A DNA stretch of 64,000 bases. Origin: Macrostomum lignano (Eukaryota). Position 1 is the stretch's first letter, and each line of letters opens with the position of its first letter. The notes under the pieces are model-generated. The model saw nothing but the letters and a program-made list of their open reading frames with translations. It ran no database searches and was not told where the DNA came from. Location of the stretch: NCBI GenBank assembly GCA_002269645.1, contig NIVC01001918.1, positions 62,001-126,000 on the forward strand. Direction: 5' to 3'. Both the position numbers and the translations under genes were made by a program. Of the stretch, positions 22,446-34,400 are shown in pieces.

Positions 22446-25400
22446 TCAAACAAGGTCGCTGCGCCTTTCGATACTCGACGTTGTCGATGTGGTCGACTTC
22501 GGTGGCGGCGTCGACGGTGTCCTAGTCCGCTTCCTCGGCGACTTGTCTTCATCCGGGAACACTGCGCCGTCCTCGTCAACCGATTCCTCGCCGCCGAAGG
22601 AGACCTTCTTGGTTACCACCCCGCCGCCGGCAGCAGCTGCAGCGGTTGACTTCTTCGACAACGCAGTCGGTGAGCCGCCGCCTTCCTGCAGTTCACCGGT
22701 CCTTAGCTGGGACGCGTTCAGCGTCAGCTCCGGTCGAGTCGCGCAGTCCTCGAAGCCGCCGGGCTGGGAGAAGGACCGGATCGGCGCCCGCTGCTCGCCG
22801 GGGGAGCCGAACGCGTTGCAAGTGAAGCCGCCGCCTCCTTGCTGCTGCTGCTGATCGAGTGCCAGACTGCCGGCGCTGCCGCAGCTGCTGAAGGCGCCGG
22901 CGCCGCTCTCTTCGCTGATTGCGTCGAACTTTCCTAGCCGGCGGCTCTGCATCGACCGCTTGCTGCCGCGACGGCGGAGCTTCGCTGTGGGGTTGCGACG
23001 GATTCGGTAGTATGAGCTAGGATAAGACAGCAGGAAAAGCCGCGGGAATTCCGTGGGCTCCTGAGTGAAAGTACATTGAAGCATGTGTTTTCCACCGCAG
23101 GGAAAGCCCCGGCAATTCCGTAGGCGCTCAAGGGAGAGCAACACCATTATGGGATGCAATTCGACAACTAATGGGGATAATATTGAGCACCGTAGTTTCA
23201 CCTGAAAGGATCAAACTGTAGTGACGGACTTTTAACGGTCTAGGAATATTGATTACGCCAGCTTAGAGACCGCAAAAATGAAGGATACATATAAATGCTA
23301 GAAATTCATAGAAATTGGCAGAACATCCTGCGCTAAACAATGAAAGCTTCAAAGTTCAAAATATGAAATCATGATTAATTATAGACCACCAGATTTTAAT
23401 TAGTTAAAAAAAACAAATTAAAGCAAAAGCAAGGCTTTAAAGCTAGACTTTCTGGTCCAGCTAGAGCCTGCAATGCAGTTCCACATTTCCGGTTTAGGCA
23501 ACAGAATCCAAGTGGGTGGCTTGATGGCGCATTTCCGGTCAGCTGATTCTGACAGAATTTTCTATTTGGAGCCAATTTTCAAGATAAAATTTGCGTGTCA
23601 CAGTGCACATAGGTTAACCTGGTGTTTTCTGCGTGTAACAGGTTGATGAGTGTGTCTAACAGGCTGATGAGTGTGTCTAACATGCTGATGAGTGTGTCTA
23701 ACAAGCTGATGAGTGTGTCTAACAAGCTGATGAGTGTGTCTAACAGGCTGATGAGTGTGTCTAACATGCTGATGGGTGTGTCTAACAGGCTGATGAGTGT
23801 GTCTAACATGCTGATGAGTGTGTCTAACAAGCTGATGAGTGTGTCTAACAGGCTGATGAGTGTGTCTAACATGCTGATGGGTGTGTCTAACAGGCTGATG
23901 AGTGTGTCTAACATGCTGATGAGTGTGTCTAACAAGCTGATGAGTGTGTCTAACAGGCTGATGCGTGTGTCTAACAGGCTGATGAGTGTGTCTAACAAAC
24001 TGATGAGTGTGTCTAACAGGTTGATAAGAGTGTCTAACAGGCTGATGAGTCTCAAAACAGAGAAGGCAGCGCAGCACTCACTCGCCCTGTGCTGCGTGTA
24101 AGCCGGTGTTTTCATTCCGTTGGTCCGAAGAATTTCCAGCAGTTCGAAGCGGAAGGCGGAGATGTCGCCCTTGATCTCGTTCAGGTCGTCCTCCGTGACG
24201 CCCTGCCGTTCGTCCAGCCTCTGGCGCACCATCAGGTAGCGCTTGACCAGGTCACGCATCACCGTCTGGTAGCGAGCCTCGCGTTCGTTCACGCGCTTCA
24301 CCACCTTCTGCAAAACGGGGTGGAGGAAGAAGGTTTGAAGAATGCTAGCTAGGTGATTGTGAATGGTTGCTAGGTGATTGTGAATGGTTGCTAGGTGATT
24401 GTGAATGGTTGCTAGGTGATTGTGAATGGTTGCTAGGTGATTGTGAATGGTTGCTAGGTGATTATGAATGGTTGCTAGGTGATTATGAATGATTGCTAGG
24501 CGATTGTGAATGGTTGCTAGGTGATTGTGATTGGTTGCTAGGTGATTGTGAATGGTTGCTAGGTGATTGTGAATGGTTGCTAGGTGATTATGAATGGTTG
24601 CTAGGTGATTGTGAATGGTTGCTAGTTGATTGTGAATTGTTGCTAGGTGATTGTGAATGATTGCTAGGTGATTTTGAATGCAGTTGCTAGGTGATTGTGA
24701 ATGGTTGCTAGGTGATTGTGACTGGTTGCTAGGTGATTGTGACTGGTTGCTAGGTGATTGTGACTGGTTGCTAGGTGATTGTGACTGGTTTCCTTCCGCT
24801 CTCACCCGGATGCTCTGCCACTTGCTCCGCTGGTGCTGCTTCGAGCAGGAGCAGAGCCGCTCTTTCATCCAAGTCGCAATGTACAGGAAGGACTTCGGAC
24901 TCGGAATGATGTTGAATGGCACTGGCAGGGTGCCGCCCTCCTCGAAGTAGCTGATCCACAGCTTGCTGCGCGCGAACTTCCACTCCGTGTCCGCTTGCGT
25001 CTGCGGGATGGCGGCGGGTTGAAGCTGCGATGTGCAGGAGGGTCAGAGAGAGGGGGGTAGCGGGAGGGTCAGAGAGAGAAAGGGGTAGCGGGAGGGTCAG
25101 AGAGAGAAGGGGGGTAGTGGGAGGGTCAGAGAGAGAAAGGGGGTAGCGGGAGGGTCAGAGAGAGAAGGGGGTAGTGGGAGGGTCAGAAAGAGGGGGTAGT
25201 GGGAGGGTCAGAGAGGGGGGGTAGTGGGAGGGTCAGAGAGAGAAAGGGGGTAGCGGGAGGGTCAGAGAGGGGGGTAGCGGGAGGGTCAGAGAGGGGGGTA
25301 GCGGGAGGGTCAGAGAGAGAAGGGGGTAGCGGGAGGGTCAGAGAGAGAAAGGGGGTAGCGGGAGGGTCAGAGAGAGAAAGGGGGTAGCGGGAGGGTCAGA

Positions 25401-28400
25401 GAGAGAAAGGGGGTAGCGGGAGGGTCAGAGAGAGAAAGGGGGTAGCGGAAGGGTCAGAGAGAGAAAGGGGGTAGCGGGAGGGTCAGAGAGGGAGGTAGCG
25501 GGAGGGTCAGAGAGGGAGGTAGCGGGAGGGTCAGAGAGAGGGTTGGTTGAAGGGCCAGGCAGGGGCAGGCGGTGCTATACTAACGCAGTATTTGATTTGC
25601 CTGTATAGACCACAGGATCACAAACAAAGCAAGCAGAAAAAAGCAACCCAGCTTCTCATCCATATTAATTTTTTGCTAAGTCAATAAAAAAACCAATCTG
25701 CACTGCACAAAATTGCTACCAGAGCCACTTTTTCTGTCTCACTGCCTCTTCTTCGCAAGCAAACTAACTGCGGGGTGGCGGAATGGCAGCCTCGGCTTGT
25801 AGCGGGCTGTGCGAACTGCGGTTTCTGCCGTGCTACTGAAGGGTCAATCGAGCAACTTTCTAGCAAGCCAACTCACTACAGATCTATTCCACTCTTTCAC
25901 CAACCCACACTCCTTTACCAACCCACCCACTCTTTCACCAACCCACACTCCTTTACCAACCCACCCACTCTTTCACCAACCCACACTCCTTTACCAACCC
26001 ACTCACTCTTTCACCAACCCACACTCCTTTACCAACCCACCCACTCTTTCACCAACCCACACTCCTTTACCAACCCAACCACTCTTTCACCAACCCACAC
26101 TCCTCTACCAACCCACCCACTCTTTCACCAACCCACCCGCTCTTTCACCAACCCACCCGCTCTTTCACCAACCCAACCACTCCTCTACCAACCCACCCAT
26201 TCTTCCACCAACCCACCCACTCCTTCACCAACCCACCCACTCCTTCACCAACCCACCCACTCCTTCAGTGAGCATACTTTAAGCATCTCAAAAGTCCCAA
26301 TCGAGAACAGCAAAGGCGGCGGGACTCACTGCAATGGACTCGTAACTGCAGTTCATCATAGCGATAAGCATGTTCAGCAGCACAACAAACGTTATCGCTG
26401 AGAAGACGCCGTACATGAGCTTGCCTGAAATTTCGAAGATTAGTTTTAAAATGATTACGTAATCCAGTTTTATTCATTCTGTATCTCAGCTGTTGCAAAA
26501 TGAACCCAAGGCATCCAAAATCTCAGTTCTTGGGGTTAAAATGTTTTGCTTCATTGCTTCAGTCTCCCTCTCTCTCTGCCCCTTATCTATCTGGCACTGG
26601 AAACCCAAAGCGAACTGGGGTGGCTGGGGTGCTAGCATGAAAATTTCGCCATTTCAACACCGAATAATACGGCTACACCCCCCCCTACAGCCTAGCGCCA
26701 GCGGCCATATTAGTTGGAAATTAGATAAATACACAGATATCAACCAGCGGAAAAGGAAAACTGGTCTTGAAAGAAGCCAACAAGAAATTTCCTCTAGTAG
26801 ATTATATTTTAATAATTTCCTTGTGCGAGCATTTTCTTCAGCGCGTAGAGAATCGGGAGTTGTTTGGTTTCAATATTTTTCCTGACTCTCAGAGATGCCT
26901 TCTGTCTGCCTCGGCTGTCTGTCTGTTCTGGCCGTTGCGACCTTCATCGCACCGCACCTGCAGCTCACTGCAGCGGTGAGTTTATGGCTGTGGTTCATAT
27001 TGACAGCCTGTTTATTATACCTGGGGTTAAAGCAGAGATTTAGAATGGATTGCTAGTCTATAGCTTACATGGATAAAGGATTAGAATGGATTGCTAATCT
27101 ATAGCCTACATGGATAAAGGATTAGAATGGATTGCTAATCTATAGCCTACTTGGATAAAGGATTAGAATGGATTGCTAATCTATAGCCTACACGGATGTA
27201 GGAATAGAATGGATTGCTAATCTATAGCCCACATGGATAAATGATTAGAATGGATTGCTAATCTATAGCCTACATGGATAAAGGAATAGAATGGATTGCT
27301 AATCTATAGCCTACACGGATGTAGGAATAGAATGGATTGCTAATCTATAGCCTACACGGATGTAGGAATAGAATGGATTGCTAATCTATAGCCTACATGG
27401 ATGTAGGAATAGAATGGATCGCTAATCTATTTGCCTACATGGATAAAGGATTAGAATGGATTGCTAATCTATTTGCCTACATGGATAAAGGATTAGAATG
27501 GATTGCTAATCTATAGCCTACATGGATAAAGGATTAGAATGGATTGCTAATCTATAGCCTACATAGATAAAGGATTAGAATGGATTGCTAATCTATAGCC
27601 TACATGGATAAAGGATTAGAATGGATTGCTAATCTATAGCCTAAATGGATAAAGGATTAGAATGAATTGCTAATCTATAGCCTACATGGATAAAGGATTA
27701 GAATGAATTGCTAATCTATAGCCTACATGGATAAAGGATTAGAATGGATTGCTAATCTATAGCTTACGTGGATAAAGGATTAGAATGGATTGCTAATCTA
27801 TAGCCTACATGGATAAAGGATTAGAATGAATTGCTAATCTATAGCCTACATGGATAAAGGATTAGAATGGATTGCTAATCTACTTCCCGCTGACATTCGA
27901 ACAGAACACAAAGTTCTTTGTGCGGCTGGACCACTATGAGAACTACAATAACCAGCTGCAAGTTCATGCCCGGTGCGACAGCGGCAACGTCTGCGACCCC
28001 CTATTTGTCATTCGAGTCAGCGGAAGCTGGTGAGAATGCAACCTGTCTACTTTCAGTAGGAAGTGTGCAAATGTGTTCAAAATTTATAAGAATCATTTAT
28101 TGTGTAGAAGTAATAAAAAATTAATAGCATATTACAAGAATCTTTTATACAAAAAAAGAGAATCGCTTCTATAGGAATCTCACCCAAGAGAATCGCCCCT
28201 ATAAGAATCTCACCCAAGAGAATCGCTTCTATAGAAATCTCACCCAAGAGAATCGCCCCTATAAGAATCTCACCCAAGAGAATCGCCCCTATGAGAATCT
28301 CACCCAAAAGAATCGCCCCTATAAGAATCTCACCCAAGAGAATCGCCCCTATGAGAATCTCACCCAAGAGAATCGCCCCTATAAGAATCTCACCCAAGAG

Positions 28401-31400
28401 AATCGCCCCTATGAGAATCTCACCCAAGAGAATCGCCCCTATAAGAATCTCAACCAAGAGAAGTACCCCTATAAGAATCTCACCCAAGAGAATCGCCCCT
28501 ATAAGAATCTCACCCAAGAGAATCACCCCTATAAGAATCTCACTCAAGAGAATCGCCCCTATAAGAATCTCACCCAAGAGAATCGCCCCTATAAGAATCT
28601 CACCCAAGAGAATCACCCCTATAAGAATCTCACCCAAGAGAATCGCCCCTATAAGAATCTCACCCAAGAGAATCGCCCCTATAAGAATCTCACCCAAGAG
28701 AATCACCCCTATAAGAATCTCACCCAAGAGAATCGCCCCTATAAGAATCTCACCCAAGAGAATCGCCCCTATAAGAATCTCACCCTAAACTTGATCCTCA
28801 AGGGGCCAGAGCGACGCGGCATCGGACTGCATCTCCAACAAAATGCAGATCACATTCGGTGATAAAATTGGTACAAATCTGACCAATCCGCTGCATTTCG
28901 TTGAGCAACCATCTCTGGTAATAAATCAATTCATAATTCATCTCGATAAAAACACAGTACAATATGACTTTTGATATTTTCCTAATTGTTTCAGCATCCA
29001 GTGTTAATTCATGTCTGGATCAAGGACTGCTACATGGACAGAGCCATGGACGACATTGGCGAGTTTCACGCGCAAATAGCGCAGCTTCCCAGACCATTTT
29101 TATTCACGGATCGGGTCGACTTTAGCGACTCGGAGCGAACGAAATCGATCGAATTGACGCCATCGTTAAACACCCCGCTATCGACCAAGTGAGCCTTGAG
29201 CTGGTGCTACTTACCTGTGTTCGAGTCGGTTTATTGGTTTATCAGTTGATAATTTGATGAGTTTATCATTCTATCAGCTTATCAGTTTATCAGCTTATCA
29301 GTTTATCAGCTTATCAGTTTATCAGCTTATCAGTTTATCAGTTTATCAGCTTATCAGGTTATCAGTTTATCAGTTTATCAGCTTATCAGTTTATCAGCTT
29401 ATCAGTTTATCAGCTTATCAGTTTATCAGCTTATCAGGTTATCAGGTTATCAGTTTATCAGCTTATCAGTTTATCAGCTTATCAGTTTATCAGCTTATCA
29501 GGTTATCAGCTTATCAGTTTATCAGCTTATCAGTTTATCAGTTTATCAGCTTATCAGGTTATCAGTTTATCAGTTTATCAGCTTATCAGTTTATCAGTTT
29601 ATCAGTTTATCAGTTTATCAGCTTATCAGTTTATCAGCTTATCAGTTTATCAGTTTATCAGCTTATCAGCTTATCGACTTGATAAACCGACTGCTTCACC
29701 CCCTCAGGCTGCGAGTCACAGTATGGCGCCAATGTGAGCAGTTTTATTACGGCCAGGATTGCTCAAAATTCTGCCGACCCCTGCCGGGCCTGAGCTGCCA
29801 CCCGGAGACTGGGGAGATGCTGAACTGCAGGGGATCCGTGTGCAACACCGGGATGGCAGCGCCCGCCACTTCTGGGCCCGCTGCAGCTCAGCAAACTGCT
29901 GAACCAGTGGGTGTCGCTGTGCAGTCCAACGTTAAAAAGCAGAAGGTGCTGCTTCATACCGTTTCATTTTTTATGGACTGGGATTGACGGATAGAGTGAC
30001 AGCTAGAGTGACAGTTTGAGTGAAACTTAGTTGATGGTTAGAGTGAATCTAGAAAGACCAATAGAGTGAATCTAGAATGACCAATAGAGTGAATCTAGAT
30101 TGACAGATAGAGTGACAGATAGAGTGACAGCTAGAGTGACAGCTAGAGTGACAGCTAAAGTGACAGATAGAGAGTGACAGATAGAGAGTGACAGCTAGAG
30201 TGACAGCTAGAGTGACAGATAGAGTGACAGCTAGAGTGCTTTGGCCGATCAGGTGAAGCTAGCATGGCAGACTAAAAAGAAGCCCTCTCGAGTGCCGAAT
30301 GCGGTGAAGAAGGTATTGAAGAACTTTATTGAAATCCGCAGGCGCAGCAGGCCAATCTGACCCTGATAGTCACGCTGTCATGCTTGCTGGCCCTGACTAC
30401 AGTCGCCGCTGCCTCCATTCTAGTCATCGTGCGCCGGTGTGTAAGGCCAAAAAAGTGAGTTGCCTCATACAGTTTGCTTTCGGTTGCTAATGGGTTCCAG
30501 TTATTATCACAAGTAGTGAGTTGGCTGCAGGAGGGACTTGGGAAACAGGGAGTGAGGTGGCTGCAGGAGGGGTTGGAGTAAACAGGGAGTGAGGTGGCTG
30601 CAGGAGGGGTTGGAGTAAACAGGGAGTGAGGTGGCTGCAGGAGGGGTTGGAGTAAACAGGGAGTGAGGTGGCTGCAGGAGGGGTTGGAGTAAACAGGTAG
30701 TGAGGTGGCTGCAGGAGGGGTTGGAGTAAACAGGGAGTGAGGTGGCTGCAGGAGGGGTTGGAGTAAACAGGGAGTGAGGTGGCTGCAGGAGGGGTTGGAG
30801 TAAACAGGGAGTGAGGTGGCTGCAGGAGGGGTTGGAGTAAACAGGGAGTGAGGTGGCTGCAGGAGAGGTTGGAGTAAACAGGGAGTGAGGTGGCTGCAGG
30901 AGGGGTTGGAGTAAACAGGGAATGAGGTGGGTGAAGGAGGGTTTGGAGGAACAGGGAATGAGGTGGGTGAAGGAGGGTTTGGAGGAACAGGGAGTGAGGT
31001 GGGTGCATGAAGGGGTTGGAGGAACAGGTAGTGAGGTGGGTGCAGGAGGCGGTTGTAAGTTTTGCTCAGTCAGGCCCTAAGCTGGTCGAAGACCCCGTAC
31101 AGTCTGTCTCTCTCCCCCACAAGGCGACCGCGCTGTCATAACCAGGCCCTGATCCCGCCCACGCACTCGATGGCTGTCGGCCTGCGAGACGCCGAGGCGG
31201 GCTCCGACCCGGCCTCTCCGCTGCAGCAGGACTTTGTCAACGGCTGCTACACCGTCCAGACGAGGCCGCTGCCGGCTCCCGGTGGCGTTGTCACTGCCAC
31301 TGCCGTCGCCAGGGAGGCGCACCGGCCAGAATCGGACGTGTACGAAACCCCGGAGGAGCCGGCGCTGCCGCCCGGCGTGGCCGTTCCGCCGCCGCTGCCG

Positions 31401-34400
31401 GCCAGGGACAACCTGTTTGGGCAGTTCCAGCGAACTCCGCTATCAAGAAGCTTCAGCAAGCCGAATAAGTGATTGATGGAGATCTGGCAGACCGGCTGCT
31501 GAATCGGCTCGCTCGCATTGCATCATATTAGCGCTTCATTCAAAGTTCGCGATGTACTTTTATGCTCACATTGCATTGGGTGAATATTAGCTCTTAATTC
31601 AAAGATCACAATGTACTTTTATTCTGGCATTGCATTGGATGAATATTAGCGCTTCATTCAAAGATCACGATGTACTTTTATTCTGGCATTGCATGGGATG
31701 AATATTAGCGCTTAATTCAAAGATCGCAATGCGCTTTTCAAAGTTCACTTTAAATTTCGGCCTTCAAATTCTATTTGCTGACAAATTGCTCATATTGATC
31801 ATTGACCTTAGTCAATAAAAATTAGTTGGCCATTTTTTGTCAAAGTTGACTACTTTGTCTCGATTGTACTCTGAGTAGTCTGTTTATTTCATTCCATTCT
31901 TTCATGTCAGCATTCGCCCCAGTAGTTAGTCGGTATGGTATATGGACGTTGAAATATTAAAACGAATTTGATTGTTAACAAACCTATGTACATATTCGAT
32001 AATGATTTAAATTTACAGATTTTTAACACCTTTTTCAGATTCTCACAAACTTAAACGAGTTTGATATCAATAAGCTGTATTCTGTTGAGTAAGTAAAGCT
32101 TGGTTGCAGCTGTGAGAACTCCTTTCGATAACTGAATCCATAAAAATAATAAAAAATTAAATCTGTTTATCAATGCAGGAAATGTGTTTATCTATTGTTA
32201 TTCTTAATATTCTGTCAATAAATCTGCTATGTGCATATTGCAATATTTTAAATGCAATTTTTGTTTATAGATGCGTGCAGTGTTTAATGCAACCTCATAT
32301 GCCATCGATTGTACTTTTTTGTTTGTTAAAAGTAAAAAAACTTTTTGTCATTTGTGTTGCCCAAGTTAAAGATTAGCAATCCATTCTAATCCTTTATCCA
32401 TGAAGGCTATAGATTAGCAATCCATTCTAATCCTTTATCCATGAAGGCTATAGATTAGCAATCCATTCTAATCCTTTATCCATGAAGGCTATAGATTAGC
32501 AATCCATTCTAATCCTTTATCCATGTAGGCTATAGATTAGCAATCCATTCTAATCCTTTATCCATGTAGGCTATAGATTAGCAATCCATTCTAATCCTTT
32601 ATTCACGTAAGCTATAGATTAGAAATCCATTCTAATCCTTTATCCACGTAAGCTATAGATTAGCAATCCATTCTATTCGTTTATTCATGTAGACTATAGA
32701 TTAGCAATCCATTCTATTCCTACATTCATGTAGGCTATAGATTAGCAATCCATTATGTCCTGAAACTATGACGGCTATACATGACTGATTCAAAATTGCA
32801 CTTCTGAGTACATGAGTACAAAAAACAAAGGAAATCTGATAGACGGACTCACCGACAAACTCCGTGAAGGAATGCTCATACTCCAGATCCGTGTTGGATA
32901 AGTCAATGAGGCCGTAGGTGGACCAATACAGAGTCTGGGTGATCTCGAACAAGCTGCGGCATGGACAGAGGTGGGTCAAAAACAGTATTTTAACACTCAT
33001 CATGCACTACTGTTAGTAGATGATACTAAATAGTGTCAGAAAGTTCTCAGAATGCTTTCGAAGACACGACTTGAAATCAGATTTGGGGTTTGCCAAAAAT
33101 TCTCGGAGCGCAGCTGATTCTGCAAGAAGATTGTCTGCAGGGGGGGGGGGGCAGAGAGAAGCTGGGAAACGGAGAGATGAAGAGGCCCAGATAAAAGTGG
33201 CTTCTGGGGGCTTCCTCTGTCTTTTCGAAGCCTACCACCTCTCCTTCTCTCCAGAGTCATGGAGACCGGGAACCAGAACCTGGATTAGCGACCCCTTCCT
33301 GAACCTTCATCATTCTAAAGATGGAATTTATTATAACTTTTGGTTTTGTTTAAAACAATTTCTGTAAACTTGGGTCTCATTGTTAAGTCTAGGAGGTGGG
33401 GTCTGCAAACTCCGGCCCGCAGCCTGTGAGCCTCTCTATCCGGCCCTCGGGTCCTTTGAAATTTTACAATAGCAATCCTTCTAAGTCTGGGTTTGTGTGC
33501 TCAAGGTTTGTGTCTCTTCTCAGCTCTCTTATCTCTTATCTCCTCTCCTCTCCTCTCCTCTCCTCTCCTCTCCTCTCCTCTCCTCTCCTCTTCTCTCCTC
33601 TCCTCTCCTCTCCTCTCCTCTCCTCTCCTCTCCTCTCCTCTCCTCTCCTCTCCTCTCCTCTCCTCTCCTCTCCTCTTCTCCCTTCCTCTCCTCTCCTCTC
33701 TCCTCTCCTCTTCTCCCCTCCTCTCTCTCCTCTTCTCCCCTCTCCTCACCTCTCCCCTCCTCTCCTCTTCTCCCTTCCTCTCCTCTCCTCTCTCCTCTCC
33801 TCTTCTCCCCTCCTCTCCTCTCCTCTTCTCCCTCTCCTCACCTCTCCCCTCCTCTCCTCTTCTCCCTTCCTCTCCTCTCCTCTCTCCTCTCCTCTCTCCT
33901 CCTCTCCTCTCCTCTCCTCTCCTCTCCTCTCCTTTCCTCTCCTCTCCTCACCTCTCCTCTCCTCTCCTCTTCTCCCTTCCTCTCCTCTCCTCTCTCCTCT
34001 CCTCTTCTCCCCTCCTCTCCTCTCATCTTCTCCCCTCTCCTCACCTCTCCTCTCCTCTCCTCTTCTCCCTTCCTCTCCTCTCCTCTCTCCTCTCCTCTTC
34101 TCCCCTCCTCTCCTCTCCTCTTCTCCCCTCTCCTCACCTCTCCCCTCCTCTCCTCTTCTCCCTTCCTCTCCTCTCCTCTCTCCTCTCCTCTCTCCTCCTC
34201 TCCTCTCCTCTCCTCTCCTCTCCTTTCCTCTCCTCTCCTCACCTCTCCTCTCCTCTCCTCTTCTCCCTTCCTCTCCTCTCCTCTCTCCTCTCCTCTTCTC
34301 CCCTCCTCTCCTCTCCTCTTCTCCCCTCTCCTCACCTCTCCTCTCCTCTCCTCTTCTCCCTTCCTCTCCTCTCCTCTCTCCTCTCCTCTTCTCCCCTCCT

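Noticed and set aside
23016-23201. TRPC last-exon acceptor at 23017, or the ORF start at 23201
   Set aside because: Phase is incompatible with the exon 10 donor; the AG at 22986-85 fits.
33395-33455. hAT/Charlie-like left end (GGGGTCTGCAAACT..CGGCCCG)
   Set aside because: No matching right TIR or TSD could be found; too degenerate to call.
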